DNA of 64,000 bases from NCBI GenBank assembly GCA_023267195.1, contig JAHFNT010000004.1, positions 64,603 through 128,602 on the forward strand, read 5' to 3'. Below the pieces are notes generated by a model, which did no database searches, was not told the origin of the DNA, and saw nothing but the letters and a program-made list of their open reading frames with translations. The stretch comes from Candidatus Nomurabacteria bacterium. Lineage in GTDB: Bacteria > Patescibacteriota > Minisyncoccia > Phycocordibacterales > UBA9973. The position numbers and the translations under genes are program-made. Within the stretch, counting starts at the first letter, position 1. Each line of letters opens with the position of its first letter. Below are positions 22,090-30,995 of this stretch, in pieces.

Positions 22090-22898
22090 ATCCTTTTTAA
22101 AATATTTACTCTTTCTGGTGGTTGCGGTGATGATTCTGCTTTTATTTCTGGATTTTCAAAAGAAATTACATAATTCACGTATGTTTCAAAACCCCAATTA
22201 AAATTGGAAATTTCGGCATCTTCTTTTTGTTTTTTCAGATTACTGCCTTCAAATAAATGAATAGCTTTGATTGCGCCCTTATCTACTTTATAAGATTCCC
22301 CGGGTGATAAGGTAAACGATTTTCCATCTAATTTAAAATTTACCTCCACATCGCACCTATCTCCCCCGTCGCATTTCAATTCTTCTCCGGGATCTACCAT
22401 TAGTTTACTGTCTTCATAAGAGTAGTCTTGATAGTTGTCATTGATGACGGCAGTTCGCAACTTTCCATCCGGTGAAAATATCCCAGAGAATCTATAACTA
22501 CAAACATGCATAGGTGGGCCATTAATGATGATATCGCCTGCTTTGAGTGAAGTGGCTTTGACGATTTTTTCTGTGAAATTTAATTCATTAAATTTTTTAT
22601 ACAAGGTAAATTCTGATTTGGGTTTTTCAGAAAGTTCAAAATTATTAGCGACATAAGAACCGACAATACCTGCATATTTATCTATACTGTATGTTTGATC
22701 CTCGTTTAAAAAATCAGAAGGGTCAAAAGTGTAAGCCCGGTCTAGTGAAATTTTATAAAAATACTCCTCTTTTTTAATATTATCCACCACACCAATAACA
22801 GGAAAAGCTTCTGCGCACGAAAGCGCTTCCGCTAGATTGCCAAATGGTTCTAAAAATAAAAAAGTTGCGATGATTAGAAAAAATATTTTGTATTGCAT
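22062..22898 (-). CDS. Secreted hypothetical protein
   Basis: 278 aa with an N-terminal signal peptide (FFLIIATFLFLEPFGNLAEA). Confidence 0.5.
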   Translation of the reverse strand: MQYKIFFLIIATFLFLEPFGNLAEALSCAEAFPVIGVVDNIKKEEYFYKISLDRAYTFDPSDFLNEDQTYSIDKYAGIVGSYVANNFELSEKPKSEFTLYKKFNELNFTEKIVKATSLKAGDIIINGPPMHVCSYRFSGIFSPDGKLRTAVINDNYQDYSYEDSKLMVDPGEELKCDGGDRCDVEVNFKLDGKSFTLSPGESYKVDKGAIKAIHLFEGSNLKKQKEDAEISNFNWGFETYVNYVISFENPEIKAESSPQPPERVNILKRIWRWFVSWF

Positions 22899-22902
22899 AT
22901 TT

Positions 22903-22992
22903 TGGCGGAGAGAGAGGGATTCGAACCCTCGGTCCTTTTAAGGGGACGACAGTTTAGTAAACTGTTGGTTTAAACCACTCACCCATCTCTCC
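22903..22992 (-). tRNA. tRNA, Ser-type architecture (long variable arm, G73, encoded CCA). Anticodon loop TTACTAA gives anticodon ACU as read, which is unusual.
   Basis: Acceptor GGAGAGA/TCTCTCC, D stem GGT/ACC, anticodon stem ACAGT/ACTGT, T arm GAGGG-TTCGAAT-CCCTC (identical to the tRNA-Ser(GGA) T arm). Confidence 0.6.
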
Positions 22993-23067
22993 CTATTTGT
23001 TTTTGAGTATAACAGAATCATGGAAAAATACTAATAATATGCTAAAGTAGTTAAGTTATTAAATGAA

Positions 23068-23124
23068 AAAGGAGCCGTGTCAGAGCGGTCTAACGTACCT
23101 CTTTGCTAAAGAGGCAGGGGCTTC
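23068..23124 (+). repeat. Left attachment repeat: a 57-bp direct repeat identical to the 5' half (positions 1-54 plus 3 nt upstream) of tRNA-Ser(GCU) at 35862
   Basis: aaaggagccgtgtcagagcggtctaacgtacctctttgctaaagaggcaggggctt occurs at 23068-23124 and at 35859-35915, then diverges. Confidence 0.8.
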
Positions 23125-23260
23125 CTGAACTCTCTAAACTCTTTCAAACTAAGCCTTTTCTTCAAAAAAGAAATCTCACTGGGATACCTCCTCTTAAGAG
23201 GTAACTCATCACTTAAATAAGAAATCTAACAAATACTTAGCAAGCAATAGAAATATTTCT

Positions 23261-24154
23261 ATGGAAATGCGAGCTTTGTGTCAGCAGTTTTATGATTATT
23301 CATTATCAATTCGTGGTTACTCCAAAGACACGATTAAAAGATATAAATTTACATTAGACTTCTATTGTAAGTTTGCAAACATAACCAATATCAACCAAGT
23401 TTCAGTTGAAAATGTTCGTGCGTTATTTTTTAATGGGAGGTCGGAGCGTAATTGGTCGGTCCATACATTTCTTGTTTACCACAGATCGTTATGTGTATTT
23501 TTCCGCTGGTGTATAGGCCAAGGACTAATAACAAAAAATCCCATAAACGAGATAGAGAAACCAAAACTAGAAAAAAGATTACCCTCAAAACTTACAAAAC
23601 AGGACGCCTTTCGTCTGCTTGAAATAGTTTATAACTATCCATGGCAAAACAAATTCTTGCGTTACAGGAATCATGCCATGTTTGCTACTTTTGTCTTTTG
23701 CGGTTTAAGAAAGAATGAATTATTGAAATTAAAATACACTGATGTAGATATTGATAATCTCACAATATTCATTAAACAAGGGAAAGGATCTAAGGACCGA
23801 ATCTTGCCCATGAGCCCAACGCTAGCAATAATCCTTACGAAATATTTAGAAGAGAGGATGAAACACCAAAAAACATGTCCAGAGTTTTTTGCTTCGCTCC
23901 ACAGAAACACAGGATTAACTTACGGAGGTTTAAGAGACATAGCAGTAATGATTCGCAAATCTTCAAAGATAAACTTTACTATTCACAAACTGAGGCATAG
24001 TTTCGCTTGTATGTTACTTCAAAATGGATGCGATATATATTCACTTTCTCGACTCATGGGCCATTCAGATATTTCCACTACTGCCATATATCTTTCAGCT
24101 TCAGCAGACCATTTACGCTTACAGATGGCGAAACATCCACTTAATGACATTTAG
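23261..24154 (+). CDS. Tyrosine recombinase / integrase (XerC/XerD-phage integrase family)
   Basis: 297 aa. N-terminal SAM-like core-binding domain. C-terminal catalytic region with R...HxxR...Y (KLRHSFACMLLQNG...LMGHSDISTTAIYL). Confidence 0.85.
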   Translation: MEMRALCQQFYDYSLSIRGYSKDTIKRYKFTLDFYCKFANITNINQVSVENVRALFFNGRSERNWSVHTFLVYHRSLCVFFRWCIGQGLITKNPINEIEKPKLEKRLPSKLTKQDAFRLLEIVYNYPWQNKFLRYRNHAMFATFVFCGLRKNELLKLKYTDVDIDNLTIFIKQGKGSKDRILPMSPTLAIILTKYLEERMKHQKTCPEFFASLHRNTGLTYGGLRDIAVMIRKSSKINFTIHKLRHSFACMLLQNGCDIYSLSRLMGHSDISTTAIYLSASADHLRLQMAKHPLNDI

Positions 24155-24216
24155 TGAACCGCTTGGCTTTGCCCTAGCAAATCACTATCTACCAAGCAAC
24201 TATCATATCTTATTTA

Positions 24217-24249
24217 CTCGCTTGGTGCTTGGTAATCACTTATAGTGAT
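24217..24249. repeat. Perfect 14-bp inverted repeat centred on TATA, between the convergent integrase and ATPase genes
   Basis: cttggtaatcactTATAgtgattaccaag. Confidence 0.5.
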
Positions 24250-24280
24250 TACCAAGCCTAACAAGCAAGAAGATTCTCGT

Positions 24281-25363
24281 TTAAAAACCATCTTTAAATT
24301 CAGGGGGCAAAGGCAACGGGAGAAAGAAGAATTTTTCATTGTGAGTTGTTCCGTCTGATATCACAGAAAGTCCTTCTGCTTGTACCTTATCCCAAGTCTT
24401 TGATTTAATTGATTTTACTTCCTCCATTTCTTTTAGGACTTTTCTTAAAGTATGTTCCCCAATAATATCAGCAGATATAAAACCTTTGATGTTGATTCCT
24501 TTACCTCCTTGGTCCTCCAGTAGTTTAATTATCTTTTCAACTACTTTGCTATGTGAATTTTGATTATACTCACCCTCGTAAATAAATGGACTACCCTCAC
24601 CTTTGAGGTTAATAAGAAGACGGAAAGGTTCCATTTTCTTTGCTCCTTTTAATTTTGCTTGTCTGATTATAAGGTATTCTTGTCCATCTTCTTTTTTTGG
24701 TTCTAAACTAAGATGGCCATGTACCGCAGCGTTAATTGCTGTACTTCCACGACTGTCTTCACTATCGCTATTATTATTTTTGAACATATTTTTTTTGCGA
24801 TTGTGATGAGTAAATAGTACGGCTATTCCTGAATTTGTTATTTTCTTTATTTGATCCATTATCTTTTGCATTTCTGTGGCACTGTTTTCTTCTGCATCGT
24901 GGACACTTCTAAGAGAATCTAGAATAATAAAACCGACACCTTTGCCTTTTGCTATAGAGATAATTTGATCTACTGTGCCGTTATCTAATTTTATCTGATT
25001 TTGTATAGAAAAATATATTGATGTTTCGGGCCATTTATTACTTAAGGTATTCATTCTGTCTTTTATTTCAGCTTCAATATCTTCTTCGTTGATAATCCAA
25101 ACTTTTAGTGGTTCACTTACTTCAAAGAAGCCAAATAGAGGTGACCCAATGGCTATCGATATTGCTATGTCTAATGTTAACCAACTTTTATAGTTATTTG
25201 GAGCGGCACTTAGCATGTTCATTGTGTCACTCTGAAATAGTTTATCTATAATCCATTTTGGCTTGATAATCTTTTTCTCACTTAGTTCTTTTGCTGTTAG
25301 TATATTTATGATGTTTTTAGGATGTTCTTGTTGTATTATTTTTGGTTGTTCTAATAAATTCAT
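24281..25363 (-). CDS. AAA_25 / RepA-like RecA-fold ATPase (plasmid/phage replication or helicase-loader type)
   Basis: 360 aa. Degenerate P-loop region (APNNYKSWLTLDIAISIAIGSPLFG), Walker B GFIILDSLRSV and SRGSTAINAAVHGHLSL, typical of AAA_25. Confidence 0.55.
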   Translation of the reverse strand: MNLLEQPKIIQQEHPKNIINILTAKELSEKKIIKPKWIIDKLFQSDTMNMLSAAPNNYKSWLTLDIAISIAIGSPLFGFFEVSEPLKVWIINEEDIEAEIKDRMNTLSNKWPETSIYFSIQNQIKLDNGTVDQIISIAKGKGVGFIILDSLRSVHDAEENSATEMQKIMDQIKKITNSGIAVLFTHHNRKKNMFKNNNSDSEDSRGSTAINAAVHGHLSLEPKKEDGQEYLIIRQAKLKGAKKMEPFRLLINLKGEGSPFIYEGEYNQNSHSKVVEKIIKLLEDQGGKGINIKGFISADIIGEHTLRKVLKEMEEVKSIKSKTWDKVQAEGLSVISDGTTHNEKFFFLPLPLPPEFKDGF

Positions 25364-25372
25364 ATAGTTACA

Positions 25373-25765
25373 TTAATAATAATTTTGAGGCCATTTGTCA
25401 TCAGAAAGTTCTGGATATTTCCTGCACATGGTCCCGTTTTCTTCCTTTTCATTGCCTAACGTTCTATATCTGTGTTCTTCCTTACACTTATCACAGATAT
25501 GTCTAACTTCCTCCGTTTGCTTCATTGTGTCGTTTACTTGTAAACAATTGATATGGTTATAGCAAAATTTGTTTTTGCATTCCCAACATTTTGCTAATGG
25601 ATTTTCATATCTTCTTGCTTTATTGCATTTGAAACACCTTGGACGATAGTGTTTAAATGCCTGTTTTGGCTCAAACGGTACACGTTTTTTTAATGGCACC
25701 GTAGTCGTTTGGATATCAGATACCTTTGTGGGTAAATCTGATACAATTTTTGTGGTTATTTTCAT
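25373..25765 (-). CDS. Cys-rich zinc-finger protein, hypothetical
   Basis: 130 aa with multiple CxxC pairs (CFKCNK, CWECKNKFC, CDKCK). Confidence 0.5.
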   Translation of the reverse strand: MKITTKIVSDLPTKVSDIQTTTVPLKKRVPFEPKQAFKHYRPRCFKCNKARRYENPLAKCWECKNKFCYNHINCLQVNDTMKQTEEVRHICDKCKEEHRYRTLGNEKEENGTMCRKYPELSDDKWPQNYY

Positions 25766-26202
25766 ATAACTTTAAATTAGTTTATTAAGCTGGGGCCAGA
25801 GATGAGTTCCTAAAAATAAGATAGTTTCGACTCCATATTATTTTGGGAACAAGACGCACGAAAAGAGGCATTCTTGAGGTGCCTTTCGCTTTTTACCGAT
25901 GAATTTGAGGGTAAAGCCCAGTATTTTATTATTAGATGATATAAAACCCTTATTAAATGATATCTACGGCCAGGGTTTTCTGATGTATGAATATTATAAT
26001 CTGTAGCTCCAATTTAGAGCGATATATTTTGTGGATAACCTTTTCAAAATAGAAAACCCCAGGTCCATCTAATGGCCTTTTCGGAAATTACCGTAATGAT
26101 GGGATCTAATGCCTTTACAGAAATCTCTATAATCTATACAGCGTTCCATAGCTGCGTAGAATAGAGCTAGACAGAGTAGAAATAGAGCGTAGGGGGACGA
26201 GG

Positions 26203-26487
26203 TTAAAAGTAGGCTAAAAAGCCAAGAACTATCATCTTAAAGTAGGCAATGGAAACAATAGTCACAACAACAGCCAAAAAGCCATAAATGTTCACAGGGA
26301 AGAACTTAAATAACTTCCTTGTCTCAATTGGCGCTTTCTTTAAGGACCATATGCTAGTAAAAACAGAGCACAACAATAAAAGTGAAACGAAGATTATCAT
26401 TGACCTAAGTGAGCTAAAGAAAAGTAAAAAATTGGCCAAAACAAAAAATGTGACTGAGTATAGTAAATATTTCTTTTGATGATTCAT
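26203..26487 (-). CDS. Small membrane protein (3 predicted transmembrane segments), hypothetical
   Basis: 94 aa. Almost entirely hydrophobic helices. Confidence 0.4.
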   Translation of the reverse strand: MNHQKKYLLYSVTFFVLANFLLFFSSLRSMIIFVSLLLLCSVFTSIWSLKKAPIETRKLFKFFPVNIYGFLAVVVTIVSIAYFKMIVLGFLAYF

Positions 26488-26496
26488 ATGTTTATG

Positions 26497-26850
26497 TTAA
26501 TTATTGTCAATAATCGTATCTCGGATTAATTGCATTGTCGCAGGATCTGCTTTACCATTCTTTGCTTCGTTATATCTCTCAATTGCCTTAGTGCAATTAT
26601 TTTCTAAATAAAAAGCAAAACGAGCTTTGGCCATTTCAGCCAGCGATGATCCAGGATTCTTATCATAAAAATTATTTATCCATTTTTCCATAGAATCCGT
26701 TTTTGCTTGAAATCCCGCGTCAGTTTCTGGAAAATCTTCGGGGCAAGTTTGATGCGCTTGTGGTTCTCGTGTCATATAATAAAAATAAGCAACAGCAAGA
26801 ACAGCTATGATAAATATTGGAATATAGATTTTTCTTTTAATTTTTACCAT
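26497..26850 (-). CDS. Membrane-anchored hypothetical protein
   Basis: 117 aa with an N-terminal transmembrane segment (IYIPIFIIAVLAVAYFYY). Confidence 0.4.
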   Translation of the reverse strand: MVKIKRKIYIPIFIIAVLAVAYFYYMTREPQAHQTCPEDFPETDAGFQAKTDSMEKWINNFYDKNPGSSLAEMAKARFAFYLENNCTKAIERYNEAKNGKADPATMQLIRDTIIDNN

Positions 26851-27035
26851 TCCCTTATTTCTTGTGATCTTGGCTCTCCATATCTGTCATTGAATTCTTT
26901 ATCTGTCATTCCATTTATTTCTGAACTTCTATATCCCGAACTCCATATCCATCGACCTATAAGAATTACCACTATAGCAATAAAAATATAGAGGAACATT
27001 TTATTTTTTGATTCTTTTTCCATGATTTTTTAATA

Positions 27036-27770
27036 TTAAAAGCTAAACCATCCTTTTAATCTGGTCCAAAAGCTTTTTGGTTTTTCTTCTGTCGTAGCAG
27101 GAATTTTAATATTTTGATTGGTAATAGTGGGAGTGCTTTCTTTAACTTCTAGTACCTTTTTAACTACAGGAGTTTTTGTTTTTGTTTCTGTCTTTGAAAT
27201 AGGTACAGTGCCACTTCCACCACCACTTGGGAGTTGGTAACTTGTTTCTGTGGGTTTTGAGTTATTTATTTGTACTGGTTGAGGAACAATACACTCAGTT
27301 TTATTTGTATTCCACTCGTAACCACTCTTGCAGTCGCAAATTATGCTTCCTCCACCAATATATAGTCCATTCCATACACTATTTGCCCCATATTTATTAG
27401 GACAGGCTTGATTATTTGTTAAAGACTGTTGTTGAAACTTTTGGTTGTATTGTTGATTTCGTTGTAATTCCAACTGCTGGCGTTGGATATCTAATAGTTG
27501 TTGCTGATATTGCTGTCGTTGCTGTAATAATTTTTGTTGATTTTGTTGTTGTATAAGAGCGTCAAGTCTATCACCAGGTTGGGGAGCAATTTGTATATAT
27601 AAAGGGTTAAGCGATCCACCTGGATAAATTGTTCCATAAGCGTTAACGCTAAAAACAGGCAATGAAAAAATTACTGAAACTAATACAAAAATTATTTTGT
27701 TTTTCATATTTCGCGTAGGTTTTAATTGATAATAGCGAGAACAAAAAAGGTCTCGCGACACAGACGGCAA
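27036..27770 (-). CDS. Secreted Gln-rich coiled-coil protein with C-terminal Cys-containing domain, hypothetical
   Basis: Signal peptide and a Q-rich tract (QQQNQQKLLQQRQQYQQQLLDIQRQQLELQRNQQ). Confidence 0.45.
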   Translation of the reverse strand: MPSVSRDLFCSRYYQLKPTRNMKNKIIFVLVSVIFSLPVFSVNAYGTIYPGGSLNPLYIQIAPQPGDRLDALIQQQNQQKLLQQRQQYQQQLLDIQRQQLELQRNQQYNQKFQQQSLTNNQACPNKYGANSVWNGLYIGGGSIICDCKSGYEWNTNKTECIVPQPVQINNSKPTETSYQLPSGGGSGTVPISKTETKTKTPVVKKVLEVKESTPTITNQNIKIPATTEEKPKSFWTRLKGWFSF

Positions 27771-28250
27771 TTCCTTTCGAAATTGTCACTAGGCTATTTC
27801 TAGCCTAGACCTACGCGAATAGTGTCTGGTCACGAGACCATCTTTATTCGCGTAGGCTTTCATATTTGCACCATGCCATTTCTGGTTTAGGTGTTGTATT
27901 CATATAATACCTCCATTTAACTAATATCACAAATGCAAAATGTACCTAATTTCAAAGCTATTTTCTGAATTTTCTGGGCGATATTTTTTCATAGGCTTGT
28001 TTTCACAAAACCAAATTATTCCAAACAACCCCTATGACCTTTTTCAGTTTTGGGTTCCAGGACAGGCGTGGGTATGTTAACCCCATACGGGTAATTGTAA
28101 GGAATTATTGATTCAAGCCACTGCCCCCATGCCTTATTTTAAATATAGTTATTAGCTCATCAAAACTAAGCTAGTGAGATTAGGTCGAATATATAAGTCT
28201 CAAGATACGAGTTAGTCTCTCGTACAAATTAAATCTATTAAATTAACAAT
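27771..28250. promoter_or_regulatory. Divergent intergenic region of the island with nested inverted repeats. Candidate control or origin region.
   Basis: Hairpin ctaggct-atttct-agcctag. Palindrome tacgcgaata...tggtcacgagacca...tattcgcgta. No ORF. Confidence 0.4.
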
Positions 28251-28577
28251 ATGAAAGCATTAAGTATAAAAGAAATATTAGAGGATGATTCTATTACTTC
28301 TAATTATCAAGGTAGTGAAAAAACCAAAGAGATGGTGGAAGAACAGATCAGAAAAATATATGGAGATAGCGAAGTAAAGAATTACAACCCATATAAAAAT
28401 GCTCTGACTTTCGCTTCATGGATCCGTCTAGGTTATAGACCAAAGAAAGGCAGTAAGGCGCTAAAAAGTATCACTTATGTCGAAAAGAAAGATGCTCAAG
28501 GAAATGTAATTGAAAAATATCCACGCAAAATAAATCTATTTTATTATCGTGCAGTGGAACCAATAAAAGCTAATTAA
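28251..28577 (+). CDS. Hypothetical protein (island cargo)
   Basis: 108-aa ORF, first gene of the plus-strand pair after the divergent region. Confidence 0.4.
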   Translation: MKALSIKEILEDDSITSNYQGSEKTKEMVEEQIRKIYGDSEVKNYNPYKNALTFASWIRLGYRPKKGSKALKSITYVEKKDAQGNVIEKYPRKINLFYYRAVEPIKAN

Positions 28578-28583
28578 AAAATC

Positions 28584-29231
28584 ATGAATAATACAACATA
28601 CAAACCAAGACCAGTCTTATCTCCGATCCAGCCCAAAATCAAGCCAGTGACAAATACTAAAAATGACAGACACCCGATTTACGAAGAGATTAGTAGACTT
28701 TGCCATAGCACCAACTACAATATTAACGTCAGTTTTGAAGAAGATGTCGAGGCATTGGACTCCTTTTCGATACCTGGCTTAGTTGCGGTGAAATGCACTC
28801 TGCGAACACACGGCCAAATAATTGCTTTTGGTCGGTCTTGCTCGGTTTTGGGCAAAATGAATCGTTATGTCGATAGGGTTATTTCTGGTTTAATCGGTGG
28901 AAGTTTTTTATCTGCAGCCAATAACGCAATGAAGGTCCTTGAAACTTTGCGAATGTCGGAAGCAGAAGAAAATATTAGTAGCTTAAATAAAAACAGTATG
29001 AACACACAAACAGCAGTAGCAGATTTTGATGGTTCTAGGCGAGGTTATTACTTTGGTGAAGATTCTGTAGAGGAACCAGAAATGACAAGTAAGCAAAGAG
29101 ATTTCTTAAATCAGCTAATTCTCAACATTGATAACCCAGACACTAGGGAAGAATACTTATCTCAAGTTAATGGTGGATTGTCTCGTGCGGATGCCAGCGA
29201 ACTAATCTCAAGTTTATTACCAATGAAATAG
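28584..29231 (+). CDS. Hypothetical protein (island cargo)
   Basis: 215-aa ORF, 6 nt after the preceding gene. Confidence 0.4.
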   Translation: MNNTTYKPRPVLSPIQPKIKPVTNTKNDRHPIYEEISRLCHSTNYNINVSFEEDVEALDSFSIPGLVAVKCTLRTHGQIIAFGRSCSVLGKMNRYVDRVISGLIGGSFLSAANNAMKVLETLRMSEAEENISSLNKNSMNTQTAVADFDGSRRGYYFGEDSVEEPEMTSKQRDFLNQLILNIDNPDTREEYLSQVNGGLSRADASELISSLLPMK

Positions 29232-29290
29232 GCAGTAATTAAGCAGTTTATGCACAGTAAAGTGGTAAACTGCTTTTTTATTTTAGCTGC

Positions 29291-30991
29291 TTAAAAAATA
29301 TTTGGCAATTTCTTCAATTCACTAAGTAATTCAACGATTGATATTGTATGATGGGGAATCTTTTCTTTTGTAGCGATATGCTTAAACATACCCTCAAGCC
29401 TAGGTTGAATACTGGGAGCAGAAAATATTCCTTCTATAAAATAAGTCTCTCCTATTTTTTTCTGAAGATTCATTATGTGATCGTGAACTGAAGCACCTTC
29501 TGCAGACCACTGCATGGCATTGGCCCTAATAGTTGTTAATTCAAGCACATATGCCTTTTTCTTAATAAAGAAATAAATATCTGGATATCCCTCTTTACCA
29601 CCCAGGGCTGGGTACATTATGCCGAATTCGTCAACCCGTCCATTCCAAATTACATCATCTATTAATCCAAGGTCCTTATACTTTTTTAGTAGTTGAAAAA
29701 ATAAATACTCTAGACGTCCACCTCTAAGCTGTCCTGGATTAAAGTTTGTTTTACCTGTTATCAACCCTACCATATTTATATGATGTGCATATTCAGTGTC
29801 ATAATCATGGCTGTTAATATGATTTAAAATCTTTTCTTCTATTACCTCTTGAGTATCTTCTTTGTATATATTTTGTGGGATGTCTTTTAGAAGAAAATCT
29901 ATTTTGTCAGATTTAATTTGTTTTTGTTCTGAATGGAATAATTCTGCCTTAGTGAAATTAAAGAAATCAAATCGACAGTTTTCTCCTTCAAAAAGAGCTG
30001 TACTGAAATTAGAGGATGCAGAAACCACCCCTGAACTTATTTCTTTATTATCTTTGTTATATATACGTATAAAAGATTTTTCTAATAAGTTAGTAGATAT
30101 ATTTACTAGTAATGGTGGTTTAGTTCTTTTAAAGTCTCCAAAGTAATCAATCCAAAGCATTAAATTATCTCCGAAATCGAATGGTTTTATATCTTTATAT
30201 TTTTCTAAAATAGAGTGGACTTCAGTAATTTTTTCTTCTTTTATATATAAATTATTATTCTTTCGTTCACATAATCCTGTTGCGACACAAAGACCAATAT
30301 AGTAACCAGCAGTTGGGGCTTGTACTAATGTTAGGTTGCCAATTTCTGTATTTTTAAATGCTTCTATCTCAGCACTTCTTCTTTCTTCTGGAAGATGTCT
30401 AAAGGTCTTTATTTTCTCTACAATTAAATTGTATTCATCCTCTTTCTTCATTGAAAAAACTATATAACCTAACTCTTCTTTAGAAATAAAGGTTAGGTCC
30501 AGTAGAAGTTTTAATGTAATACGAAATGGAAACAAGAGAATATTAAGGCAGTCTTCTCTTATAACAGGATTAGTAATTTGTAATTTACTCATTTGACGTT
30601 CAACTATGGTAGATTCCAGAACTTCTTGGCCGTTTGCTGACACAACATTCAGATTTTTACCTAATCCAAGCACTGAACCATGCTTTTTTATTAGTTCAAA
30701 ACCAGCGTTAGTGACATTAATTGTTGAAGGAGTTGTTGTATTATCAATCACAATAAAACCCAAATATTTAATCAGCGCTTCAAGAGTTCTTCTTGCTGAG
30801 GGGGATAAAGGTTTTCCTCTCTCAGTTAGGCCGTATCTTCCTAAAAGGGTATTAAAGTTTTCTTGCTTCATCGAGTTCCAAGATTTTCCGTTAAAATTAT
30901 CAGTAGATAAAATTTCGACAGCACCAATTATCTGATGTATATTTTGTCGTTTTGGAATATGCCAAATTTCTAAACTTCTTGTTCTTGTCAT
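29291..30991 (-). CDS. Putative restriction endonuclease, possibly Type IIS / AlwI-family-like, with a C-terminal PD-(D/E)xK-like core
   Basis: 566 aa. Last gene of the MTase-MTase-X operon, 4 nt after the MTase stop. C-terminal GGRLEYLFF...GYPDIYFFIKKKAYVLELTT resembles a PD...(D/E)xK nuclease core. No MTase motifs. Confidence 0.35.
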   Translation of the reverse strand: MTRTRSLEIWHIPKRQNIHQIIGAVEILSTDNFNGKSWNSMKQENFNTLLGRYGLTERGKPLSPSARRTLEALIKYLGFIVIDNTTTPSTINVTNAGFELIKKHGSVLGLGKNLNVVSANGQEVLESTIVERQMSKLQITNPVIREDCLNILLFPFRITLKLLLDLTFISKEELGYIVFSMKKEDEYNLIVEKIKTFRHLPEERRSAEIEAFKNTEIGNLTLVQAPTAGYYIGLCVATGLCERKNNNLYIKEEKITEVHSILEKYKDIKPFDFGDNLMLWIDYFGDFKRTKPPLLVNISTNLLEKSFIRIYNKDNKEISSGVVSASSNFSTALFEGENCRFDFFNFTKAELFHSEQKQIKSDKIDFLLKDIPQNIYKEDTQEVIEEKILNHINSHDYDTEYAHHINMVGLITGKTNFNPGQLRGGRLEYLFFQLLKKYKDLGLIDDVIWNGRVDEFGIMYPALGGKEGYPDIYFFIKKKAYVLELTTIRANAMQWSAEGASVHDHIMNLQKKIGETYFIEGIFSAPSIQPRLEGMFKHIATKEKIPHHTISIVELLSELKKLPNIF

Positions 30992-30995
30992 AAAA

